A stretch of DNA of 32,075 bases from assembly GCA_002269645.1 (NCBI GenBank), contig NIVC01004895.1, positions 1 through 32,075 on the forward strand, read 5' to 3'. Made by a program: the position numbers and the translations under genes. The DNA is from Macrostomum lignano. Taxonomy: Eukaryota. The notes beneath the pieces were generated by a model. That model was not told where the DNA came from. It saw nothing but the letters and a program-made list of their open reading frames with translations, and searched no databases. Shown one piece after another: positions 13,301 through 22,786 of the stretch; position 1 is the stretch's first letter; every line of letters begins with the position of its first letter.

Positions 13301-16300
13301 CTACTTTCTAGTTAGCCGATGATCTTTCTAACTAGGCGCTGCGTCTTCTGCACAGTTGTCAAATCCTTTGACAGTAGCAGATGTTTCCAAATTACATTTC
13401 TATCCTCCGGGCCTTGTTGCTTTTTTCTTGAGCCCTTAAAACATCATTGTGTTGGTACTGGCAGTGTTTTTACTCTACTTGGGAACGTCTACAGTCGACT
13501 AATGCCACTAAAAACTGACTTTGTTTAGTTAATAACCAATAAGCATACAGTTTTGACTCGCGTTAGTGGCGTCCATTAGAACTTCACGTGACTCAGAAAT
13601 GTCGAATAAGCACCTGCAAGAGTAACGTAACAATAAATAAAGTTCTGTTAAGCGATCTTTGTCATTAGTAAGCGCAGTACATGTAAGTGGGCTACAAGTA
13701 TTTAACAACCGTGTCAACAGGTTTAAATCGAGAACTCCTGTCCAAAGTGGCTGCTTAACTTCTAACTTCTTCTATTCATTCTTAGGCTCAAGCGATTCCC
13801 TTGCTCTATCTGGGGTTTTGTCGTTAGCGCGCATTTTTATAGGGTCCAGTGGAAATTAGAGTAAGATTGGTTTGAGTACAAAATCCAGAGTCCTCATTGA
13901 GCTATCAAATCACATTATTGATGTAAAAAGCGACGAAAATTGCAGCTTTCAGCTTTTGCTGCTGTCTGTCATTAGCTTGCGCGCTTATGCAGCCTTCCCA
14001 GCTATCTTCGATATGCGCGCTCAGACGCAATCCGGAAAGCAGTTTTCTGCTTGGAAAAATTAGGTTCAAGCTTTTATACCTCGAAGGCAGTAATTAAGCT
14101 TGCCACGCAAAACATATATACTTAATTGGAATTGAGTAGGTGGAATTCCTGTGTGTCCAATCTGAGGCCATCTGGTTTGTTTAGTTACCGAATTTATTTA
14201 AGAGTTTTTTTTTCTATGCTGACGCATTTTCTGCATAAATAACGAGGGAAAAATGCTGACTGCAGTGAGGGAGCAAACTTGTCCCCTAGGGTCATTAGCT
14301 GTGAATTGCCAACCGCATGTATGTATAATAAAACAATTTCGTGCAAATCATCGAAAGCCGATCGAATACGTGAAATTTTGCTTGTATCCGTACGTATTCC
14401 GTCCTTAATGATGTCCACCGCCCAACCCTCTAGCTGGGCCTCAAATACGGCGTGCCAGTCCACGTTGACGCCTGCCTTGGCGGCTTTCTGTTGCCATTCA
14501 TGGAACAGGCCGGTTTCCCGCTAGAGCCAGTCGACTTCCGCGTGCCTGGTGTGACCAGCATTTCTTGTGACACGCACAAGGTAAGGATAGAGAACCCTAA
14601 TGTACACAGTGACCCACCTCATTCCGGAGGACAGAGATCCAAATGTACACAGCGACCCACCTCACTCCCGAAGTCAGAGAATCCAAATGTACACAGCGAC
14701 CCACCTCACTCCCGATGTCAGAGAATCCAAATGTACACAGCGACCCACCTCACTCCCGAAGTCAGAGAATCCAAATGTACATTGCGACCTACCTCACTCC
14801 CAAAGTCAGAGAATCCAAATATACACAGCGACCCACCTCACTCCCGAAGTCAGAGAATCCAAATGTACACAGCGACCCACCTCACTCCGGAGGACAGAAT
14901 CCTACTCCACACAAAGTACACACGCCAATAAACATGTACGCTACATTTTTTAACCTTAACCCCACAGTACGCTTTCGCACCGAAAGGTTCCTCAGTGCTG
15001 TTGTACCGCAACGCCGAATATCGCAAGCAGCAATTTTTCTCCTATACCGGCTGGTGCGGCGGCTTCTACGCTTCACCAACAATGCCGGGTGGGTTGATAA
15101 TTGGTATTATTATTTTCTAATTTCTTTAGCTTTACTTGATAAACCTAGTTTTTTTTTAATACTGGACAGGCTCTCGTCCTGGCGCTGTGATCGCCGCCTG
15201 TTGGGCCACTCTGCTGCACTTCGGCGTTGAAGGCTACGTCGATGCCACAAAAAAGATTGTCGGAACTGCGCGCAAGATTAAAGCCGGGTGAGTCAGTCCA
15301 TGATTCCTCGGTGCTCTCATTCTCCTCTGCACCCCACGGATCCTCGGTGCTCTCATTCCCCTCTGCACCCCACGGATCCTCGGTGCTCTCATTCCCCTCT
15401 GCACCCCATGGATCCTCGGTGCTCTCATTCTCCTCTGCACCCCATGGATCCTCGGTGCTCTCATTCCCCTCTGCACCCCATGGATCCTCGGTGCTCTCAT
15501 TCCCCTCTGCACCCCATGGATCCTCGGTGCTCTCATTCCTCATACAGTTAATGTTGCTAGAAGCTGAACGCACCCCACCCCCCATACACGGATCGGCAGA
15601 GTGCAGCAGATCGAGGGCGTGAAGCTGATGGGGGACCCGCAGATGAGCGTCATCGGCATCGGCAGCGACCATTTCAGCGCCTACCGCCTGGCGGACGCGC
15701 TCAAAGAGAAAGGCTGGAGTCTCAACATGCTGCAGAAGCCGGCCAGGTGAGGGGAATTGAGAAATTCGATCGGGCATATGAACCGCAGTTGGTAGGGTTC
15801 ATAGAATTTTTCCTTAACTGCCAGCTGCAGGTAGTGCCGCCTTGTGGCATCTCGTGTTTCCTTTTTTCAAGTCGCCAGAGTACACAGCTTAGGGTCAATA
15901 TTTGACTTTCCGTTTCTCCTTCGCTAGTACCCGACCTTCTGCCTGGGAATAGGACGGACTCTTCTAGCTATTTTTGTTCAGTTCCAGCTTTCATCTATCG
16001 AATAGAACTCTGGTCGATCCAGGGGAGGTCAAGGGGGTCGGTTGACCCCCCCCTCGACAAAATTACTCATAGGTCATGACCCCCGGAAAACAAAAAAAAC
16101 GGTTTGTCTTTTCGTAGTTATATCGCTCAAAAATATTTTTTTCTCGGAGCTTGAACTTGCTGACTGATCCCGAGGGGGGGGGTCAAGGGGGTCGCTTGAC
16201 CCCGGACAAAATTAAGGGGTTGTGATCCTCTGGAAAACAGAGTTTTCCGTTTGATTTTTTCATAGTTATATTGCTTAAAAGTGTCTCAAGCTTGGAGCTT

Positions 16301-18739
16301 AAACTCACTGGCGGATCTGAAGGGGGTCAGGGGAGGTCAGGTGACCCCCCGTTAAAATCCTGGATTCTGGTTAGCTTTTGTGTGGCTCGCTGTCGTGTCT
16401 TCACAAAACGTATATCAATTTCTGAACCAAATATGGTATATAGAGGCTCGTACTTGACTCGCATTTTACACACGAATGCCTGCAATGATTAGAGTCTTTA
16501 CCTGCTTTCATTACGGAAATTTTTCTATTCTATCCGCAGTTTCCACATCTGCTGCACATATGTGCACACCCAGCCTGGCGTTGCCGAGCGGCTGATTGAG
16601 GATATCCACGAATCCGCCGCCGCGCTGCTCAAGGATCCCACCGCCAAGGACGTCGGGATGGTAAACAGATTGGACACGTTTTCCTGTTTAGTTGAAACAA
16701 TTTTGCAATAATAAGTACATTAACAGCAGGGGGTAGCTACAGTCGGTGACGGACACAGCAGGGGTAGCTACAGTCAGTGAGGGACACAGCAGGGGTAGCT
16801 ACAGTCAGTGACGGACACAGCAGGGGTAGCTACAGTCAGTGACGGACACAGCAGGGGTAGCTACAGTCGGTGAGGGACACAGCAGGGGTAGCTACAGTCA
16901 GTGACGGACACAGCAGGGGTAGCTACAGTCGGTGAGGGACACAGCAGGGGTAGCTACAGTCGGTGAGGGACACAGCAGGGGGTAGCTACAGTCGGTGACG
17001 GACACAGCAGGGGGTTGCTACAGTCAGTGACGGACACAGCAGGGGTAGCTACAGTCGGTGAGGGACACAGCAGGGGTAGCTACAGTCGGTGAGGGACACA
17101 GCAGGGGTAGCTACAGTCGGTGAGGGACACAGCAGGGGGTAGCTACAGTCAGTGACGGACACAGCAGGGGTAGCTACAGTCGGTGAGGGACACAGCAGGG
17201 GTAGCTACAGTCGGTGAGGGACACAGCAGGGGGTAGCTACAGTCGGTGACGGACACAGCAGGGGGTTGCTACAGTCAGTGACGGACACAGCAGGGGTAGC
17301 TACAGTCGGTGAGGGACACAGCAGGGGTAGCTACAGTCGGTGAGGGACACAGCAGGGGTAGCTACAGTCGGTGAGGGACACAGCAGGGGTAGCTACAGTC
17401 AGTGACGGACACAGCAGGGGTAGCTACAGTCGGTGAGGGACACAGCAGGGGTAGCTACAGTCGGTGAGGGACACAGCAGGGGGTAGCTACAGTCGGTGAC
17501 GGACACAGCAGGGGGTTGCTACAGTCAGTGACGGACACAGCAGGGGTAGCTACAGTCGGTGAGGGACACAGCAGGGGTAGCTACAGTCGGTGAGGGACAC
17601 AGCAGGGGTAGCTACAGTCGGTGAGGGACACAGCAGGGGGTAGCTACAGTCAGTGACGGACACAGCAGGGGTAGCTACAGTCGGTGAGGGACACAGCAGG
17701 GGTAGCTACAGTCGGTGAGGGACACAGCAGGGGGTAGCTACAGTCGGTGACGGACACAGCAGGGGGTTGCTACAGTCAGTGACGGACACAGCAGGGGTTG
17801 CTACAGTCAGTGACGGACACAGCAGGGGTAGCTACAGTCGGTGAGGGACACAGCAGGGGTTGCTACAGTCGGTGAGGGACACAGCAGGGGTAGCTACAGT
17901 CGGTGAGGGACACAGCAGGGGGTAGCTACAGTCGGTGACGGACACAGCAGGGGTAGCTACAGTCAGTGAGGGACACAGCAGGGGTAGCTACAGTCAGTGA
18001 CGGACACAGCAGGGGTAGCTACAGTCAGTGACGGACACAGCAGGGGTAGCTACAGTCGGTGAGGGACACAGCAGGGGTAGCTACAGTCAGTGACGGACAC
18101 AGCAGGGGTAGCTACAGTCGGTGAGGGACACAGCAGGGGTAGCTACAGTCGGTGAGGGACACAGCAGGGGGTAGCTACAGTCGGTGACGGACACAGCAGG
18201 GGGTTGCTACAGTCAGTGACGGACACAGCAGGGGTAGCTACAGTCGGTGAGGGACACAGCAGGGGTAGCTACAGTCGGTGAGGGACACAGCAGGGGTTGC
18301 TACAGTCGGTGAGGGACACAGCAGGGGTAGCTACAGTCGGTGAGGGACACAGCAGGGGTAGCTACAGTCGGTGACGGACACAGCAGGGGGTTGCTACAGT
18401 CAGTGACGGACACAGCAGGGGTTGCTACAGTCAGTGACGGACACAGCAGGGGTAGCTACAGTCGGTGAGGGACACAGCAGGGGGTTGCTACAGTCGGTGA
18501 GGGACACAGCAGGGGTAGCTACAGTCGGTGAGGGACACAGCAGGGGGTTGCTACAGTCGGTGAGGGACACAGCAGGGGTTGCTACAGTCAGTGACGGACA
18601 CAGCAGGGGTATCATACAGAACACATCTGCCGCCTTCATCATGCAGGGAGCCATCTACGGCACAGCCCAGAAGATCCCGGATCCCACCATTGTTGACGAC
18701 ATCGCCATGGGATTCTTGGACGTCTGCCTAAGTGTGTAG
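1232..18739 (+). CDS. SGPL1: Sphingosine-1-phosphate lyase (PLP-dependent, group II decarboxylase fold), 14 coding exons, 543 aa
   Basis: Manual join of 1232-1394, 2647-2828, 2916-3032, 3137-3265, 5815-5903, 8517-8553, 8731-8835, 8919-8981, 14434-14580, 14968-15088, 15170-15287, 15600-15746, 16540-16660, 18647-18739. Total 1632 nt, one open frame, all introns GT..AG (phases 1,0,0,0,2,0,0,0,0,1,2,2,0). S1P-lyase motifs present: [95 protein letters not shown]-terminal hydrophobic anchor present. Confidence 0.95.
1439..2596. repeat. Intron 1 minisatellite, 32-bp unit, ~36 copies
   Basis: Unit AGTAGCTGCTGAGTGTCACCTGGGATTCTATA (period 1441 to 1473); three units carry an extra TAAG. Confidence 0.97.
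2647..2828 (+). CDS. SGPL1: SGPL1 exon 2
   Basis: cgcAG acceptor; [23 protein letters not shown]...[11 protein letters not shown]; donor GTAAGT at 2829. Confidence 0.85.
2916..3032 (+). CDS. SGPL1: SGPL1 exon 3
   Basis: cacAG acceptor; [39 protein letters not shown]; donor GTGAGG. Confidence 0.92.
3137..3265 (+). CDS. SGPL1: SGPL1 exon 4
   Basis: cccAG acceptor; [43 protein letters not shown]; donor GTGAGT. Confidence 0.95.
3321..3723. repeat. Intron 4 tandem repeat, 64-bp unit, ~6 copies
   Basis: GATTGGACAGCGGCTC recurs at 3401, 3465, 3529, 3593 and 3657, with a longer divergent first copy at 3326. Confidence 0.95.
4289..5412. repeat. Intron 4 minisatellite, 22-bp unit, ~51 copies
   Basis: Unit CTTTAGTATGG(C/G)AG(C/T)TGGGTGT with interspersed variants. 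Confidence 0.97.
5815..5903 (+). CDS. SGPL1: SGPL1 exon 5
   Basis: tttttcAG acceptor; [29 protein letters not shown]; donor GTGAGC, phase 2. Confidence 0.95.
6149..7057. repeat. Intron 5 composite minisatellite (21/22-bp and 34-35-bp units)
   Basis: GAATGCCCATAGAACCCATGA and GAATCGCCCATAGAACCCATGA, with longer GAATAGCTAATCGAATCACCCATAGAAACCCATGA units at about 6320-6420 and 6865-7040. Confidence 0.96.
7672..7925. repeat. Intron 5 minisatellite, 26-bp unit, ~10 copies
   Basis: Unit GTCCCACACTCACTGAACCTGCCTCT (period 7681 to 7707). Confidence 0.96.
8517..8553 (+). CDS. SGPL1: SGPL1 exon 6 (37 nt)
   Basis: ttgcAG acceptor; (M)[12 protein letters not shown] with the conserved PLP-stacking His; donor GTGAAT. 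Confidence 0.93.
8731..8835 (+). CDS. SGPL1: SGPL1 exon 7
   Basis: ctcAG acceptor; [35 protein letters not shown]; donor GTAATG. Confidence 0.93.
8919..8981 (+). CDS. SGPL1: SGPL1 exon 8
   Basis: tttcAG acceptor; [21 protein letters not shown]; donor GTGAGC. Confidence 0.93.
9029..9691. repeat. Intron 8 minisatellite, 23-bp unit (some 21 bp), ~29 copies
   Basis: Unit GCGCGCCACTGTGAATGCTGGTA. Confidence 0.97.
10556..10976. repeat. Intron 8 minisatellite, 20-bp unit, ~21 near-identical copies
   Basis: Unit AAGGCATCCTACTGTTATTG; only about three substitutions visible across the array. Confidence 0.98.
14434..14580 (+). CDS. SGPL1: SGPL1 exon 9 (PLP lysine)
   Basis: ctctAG acceptor; [23 protein letters not shown]...[13 protein letters not shown], Schiff-base Lys codon at 14578-14580; donor GTAAGG. 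Confidence 0.96.
14589..14902. repeat. Intron 9 tandem repeat, 44-bp unit, ~7 copies
   Basis: Unit GAGAATCCAAATGTACACAGCGACCCACCTCACTCCCGAAGTCA (period 14641 to 14685); starts 8 nt after the donor. Confidence 0.95.
14968..15088 (+). CDS. SGPL1: SGPL1 exon 10
   Basis: cacAG acceptor; [40 protein letters not shown]; donor GTGGGT, phase 1. Confidence 0.95.
15170..15287 (+). CDS. SGPL1: SGPL1 exon 11
   Basis: gacAG acceptor; [40 protein letters not shown]; donor GTGAGT, phase 2. Confidence 0.95.
15303..15540. repeat. Intron 11 tandem repeat, 36-bp unit, ~6.6 copies
   Basis: Unit GGATCCTCGGTGCTCTCATTCCCCTCTGCACCCCAT (period 15305 to 15341). Confidence 0.95.
15600..15746 (+). CDS. SGPL1: SGPL1 exon 12
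   Basis: ggcAG acceptor; [48 protein letters not shown]; donor GTGAGG, phase 2. Confidence 0.94.
16011..16370. repeat. Intron 12 degenerate ~150-bp repeat (2.4 units) with GGGGGTCA..TGACCCCC hairpins, MITE-like
   Basis: GATC(C/T)-G-run-GTCA...TGACCCC heads at ~16011, ~16161 and ~16309, with similar AT-rich spacers (GGAAAACA, TAGTTATAT.GCT.AAAA, GGAGCTT.AACT). Confidence 0.7.
16540..16660 (+). CDS. SGPL1: SGPL1 exon 13
   Basis: cgcAG acceptor; (S)[40 protein letters not shown]; donor GTAAAC. Confidence 0.93.
16723..18611. repeat. Intron 13 minisatellite, 31/32-bp unit, ~60 copies, with higher-order structure
   Basis: Unit CAGCAGGGG(G)T(A/T)GCTACAGTC(G/A)GTGA(G/C)GGACA. Confidence 0.98.
18647..18739 (+). 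CDS. SGPL1: SGPL1 exon 14 (stop)
   Basis: tgcAG acceptor; [30 protein letters not shown], stop TAG at 18737-18739. Confidence 0.93.
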   Translation, partial: GAIYGTAQKIPDPTIVDDIAMGFLDVCLSV

Positions 18740-18766
18740 CGCTGGCACTGCAGTAGGCGTTGGCCA

Positions 18767-18772
18767 ATTAAA
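18767..18772 (+). other. Possible ATTAAA polyadenylation signal of SGPL1
   Basis: Variant hexamer 28 nt after the stop codon, followed by T-rich sequence; no transcript support available. Confidence 0.2.
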
Positions 18773-19558
18773 TTTCCAATTGATTTTCTTCAGCATTCTT
18801 TAACTGACGGTCTGTTATTCCATTAGTGTGTATTACATTATCGATTTTTATATCGATCCTGATTTCGTTCAGTTTTGTGGCACCTGTCTCTTTCCTTATA
18901 TTAACTGTCTATCCGTTCTTGTTATAAGAGTTAAGAGTTAATTAGTTTTTCGCACTCAACTGAACTTCCGGTAGTTGTTTTAATTAGACTGAAAGCGATT
19001 TTACTTGCTGGCTGGCTGTACATGCCTGAATGCCTGACGTCAAGAACGTCTGTGCCGCTGTACGAGTCATCATCATCAGGTATCATCAGATTATATTCGA
19101 AGCCGTTAATAATTTGTTTTTCTACTGTTTAATTTTATAGTAGTAGCCTTTTTATTACTTAGCGTATTGAACTAGCTATGGTAGCTCGTAGTACTTCGTG
19201 ATCGATTTCTTTGCAATGACAGACCCTCGACTGCGCTGTGTTTTTTGATCATATACTTTTTATTTATGCCAGTTTCATTTTCATACAGTGCGATTTCAAT
19301 CCAGTGTTTTTTTCTCCGCTTTATTCATTCAATTAACAAAGCCGCGCAAATTGCCATGTATCGGAGATTGAAACCCGCCTGTTGCTCGAGCGTTTTTCGA
19401 CTGCACTGTTTCATGACACGGCAGTGGATGCCACCGAATGTCGCTCTCTCTTTATTTCTCTTTTTCACTGGGTAGTTTTTCCTTGTACTTTTTTACCGCT
19501 AACAAGTTTATTTTATTTGTATTTTTCCCGATCTTATACTGCCGATCAAAGGGTTGCC

Positions 19559-20705
19559 GGGTAAAGCTGGTAGCTAATTTGCTGAATATCAAGGGTAAAT
19601 CTGGTAGCTAATTTGGTGAATATCAAGGGTAAATCTGGTAGATAATCCGCTGAATATCTAGGGTAAATCTGGTAGATAATCCGCTGAATATCAAGGGTAA
19701 ATCTGGTTGATAATCCCCTGAATATCAAGGGTAAATCTGGTAGATAATCCGCTGAATATCAAGGGTAAAGCTGGTAGATAATCCGCTGAATATCAAGGGT
19801 AAATCTGGTAGATAATCCCCTGAATATCAAGGGTAAATCTGGTAGATAATCCCTGAATATCAAGGGTAAATCTGGTAGATAATCCGCTGAATATCTAGGG
19901 TAAATCTGGTAGATAATCCGCTGAATTCCAAGGGTAAAGCTGGTAGATAATCCCCTGAATATCAAGGGTAAATCTGATAGATAATCCCCTGAATATCAAG
20001 GGTAAATCTGGTAGATAATCCCCTGAATATCAAGGGTAAATCTGGTAGATAATCCGCTGAATATCTAGGGTAAATCTGGTAGATAATCCGCTGAATATCA
20101 AGGGTAAATCTGGTAGATAATCCGCTGAATTCCAAGGGTAAAGCTGGTAGATAATCCCCTGAATATCAAGGGTAAATCTGATAGATAATCCTCTGAATAT
20201 CAAAGGTAAATCTGGTAGATAATCCGCTGAATATCAAGGGTAAAGCTGGTAGATAATCCGCTAAATAACAAGGGTAAATCTGGTAGATAATCCGCTGAAT
20301 ATCAAGGGTAAATCTGGTAGATAATCCTCTGAATATCAAAGGTAAATCTGGTAGATAATCCGCTGAATATCAAAGGTAAATCTGGTAGCTAATCCGCTGA
20401 ATATCAAGGGTAAAACTGGTAGATAAGCCGCTGAATATCAAAGGTAAATCTGGTAGATAATCCGCTGAATATCAAAGGTAAATCTGGTAGCTAATCCGCT
20501 GAATATCAAGGGTAAAGCTGGTAGATAATCCCCTGAATATCAAGGGTAAATCTGGTAGATAATCCCCTGAATATCAAGGGTAAAGCTGGTAGATAAGCCG
20601 CTGAATATCAAGGGTAAAGCTGGTAGATAATCCGCTGAATATCAAGGGTAAAGCTGGTAGATAATCCGCTGAATATAAAGGGTAAGTTTGGTAGCTAATC
20701 CACTG
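19559..20705. repeat. Downstream minisatellite, 34-bp unit, ~34 copies
   Basis: Unit GCTGAATATCAAGGGTAAATCTGGTAGATAATCC (period 19684 to 19718). Confidence 0.97.
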
Positions 20706-21650
20706 ATGGTCGATACATATCGGTATGTTGAATATTGTGAACATTCTCCATCATTTCCATTGGCTGCTGTTGTTAAACGAGTGTCCAAAATGCGCACAGT
20801 AATGCTGGCTACAATGCCAATTGGGAATAATTATTAATTAAGTTATTCCTATCTCTGTCTTACTAAGACTTTTTGGCCACTATTTGCTACATTTTTAGCC
20901 TCTTTGTTCTCTAGCAAATTTAGGCTGAAACTGAGACAAGTATACTGATTACTGTTTTCCTATTGTAGTTAACAGTGTTTTGATGTCGAAATCTAATTTC
21001 GAATCGAATGCAGTCTTGAGTTTAAAAATTTTCAATTTAACAATTCTTTCGAGCTCCGCCTGCGACAGCCTATGGCTGGCCGACCTGTCAGCTCGGTGGG
21101 GAGCGGCCCGCCATTGGCTGCTGGACAATCGACCCTGGGCCTCTATTCCCCATCCCCATCGCACTCCTGTTTTCATTGACATTATTTAAAGAGAGCCAGC
21201 CAATGCTGGACTGACGCGGTGCACTGTTTGATTTTGGCCCGCTGTTTGCCCCACCTGCTAGGCCGTCTTTCTCAATCAACACCTTTATCACACTGCTAAC
21301 ATTAAGCTGCTGCATCTGGGTGATAAGCTGCTCCACGACAGCTCGAAAACATCTTGACTTTCCCACGCTCTCGAGACTACTTAATCTTGCCCAGATCGCG
21401 ACAGACTGCTCGGCCCATTGAAGCAGACAGTTCTTCTGAAGCGTAATTGAAGTCGTCGAATATCTTTGGAATCATGGTTCAACGACTGCTGCCTTCCTGG
21501 GTACTGTTCCTGCTGCTCGGTATGTCGAATTTTCATCGGCCTTTTATATTGCACTTTTAGCCTCCGGGAAACATAACCGCATTTTGCCTTGCTACTTTTT
21601 AGGATGCATCTTTGCAGCTCAGGCTTCAACCGCTCGTCACTCTGGAAAAC

Positions 21651-22316
21651 ACAAGAGGATGCTGCGCGATCCCATGCTGGACAAGAGGATGTTGCGTGAC
21701 CCCATGCTCGACAAGAGGATGCTGCGTGACCCCATGCTCGACAAGAGGATGCTGCGTGACCCCATGCTGGACAAGAGGATGCTGCGTGACCCCATGCTCG
21801 ACAAGAGGATGCTGCGCGATCCCATGCTGGACAAGAGGATGCTGCGTGACCCCATGCTCGACAAGAGGATGCTGCGCGATCCCATGCTGGACAAGAGGAT
21901 GCTGCGTGATCCCATGCTCGATAAGCGGATGCTGCGTGACCCCATGCTCGACAAGAGGATGCTGCGTGATCCCATGCTCGATAAGCGGATGCTGCGTGAC
22001 CCCATGCTGGACAAGCGGATGCTGCGTGACCCCATGCTGGACAAGCGGATGCTGCGTGATCCCATGCTCGATAAGCGGATGCTGCGTGACCCCATGCTGG
22101 ACAAGCGGATGCTGCGTGACCCCATGCTGGACAAGCGGATGCTGCGTGACCCCATGCTGGACAAGCGGATGCTGCGTGACCCCATGCTGGACAAGCGGAT
22201 GCTGCGTGACCCCATGCTGGACAAGCGGATGCTGCGTGACCCCATGCTGGACAAGCGGATGCTGCGTGACCCCATGCTGGACAAGCGGATGCTGCGTGAC
22301 CCCATGCTGGACTAGA
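21651..22316. repeat. 30-bp minisatellite family A, array 1, ~22 copies
   Basis: Unit ACAAG(A/C)GGATGCTGCGTGACCCCATGCT(C/G)G. Confidence 0.98.
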
Positions 22317-22786
22317 AGATTTGTTCTACTCTGATGCGAGCAACTGTTTTGGTCCAGTCGACACTAAGAATGTACTTTTACTGGCTTTTAGCTTTTAATC
22401 GGTTCCATAGATCTCCTGGGATGTTGAGCGAATTAGACACTTTTCGGCCTGAATCGATTCCCACTCGTTCCTATTTTAAACTGTTTCACACCTGCTGGAA
22501 ATTACAAAGCTGGCTCTCAGTGCTGTTCGCACTTGTTCTCAGCCAGAGAGTAGCAAATCGCATATTTTGTTCGAACTTAGATTTTCATTACTGGGCGAGG
22601 CTGTTACTGATTATTCGAAGTTAACCCACGCTGATTACGTAAATCTCAGGTGGCGCAATGCAAAAAAATATTTTCTTTAAAAGCGTTCCATTTTCACGCC
22701 TACTGGTCCAGAGGTGATGGGTTGGAGTACCTACTTCCTGCTAGGGCGGACTCGCTCTGTACTCGTGGAGTATCTTAAAGCATAAA

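Noticed and set aside
14452-15777. ORFs running through introns 9 and 11, and the 210-aa minus-strand ORF
   Set aside because: These are exon read-through into 44-bp and 36-bp arrays, or antisense shadows of exons 11-12. Retention of intron 11 gives an immediate TGA in the true frame.
9029-20705. Chi-like GCTGGTAG in the 23-bp and 34-bp units
   Set aside because: It is one mismatch from E. coli Chi, is present in only two of twelve repeat families, and has no established relevance in animals.
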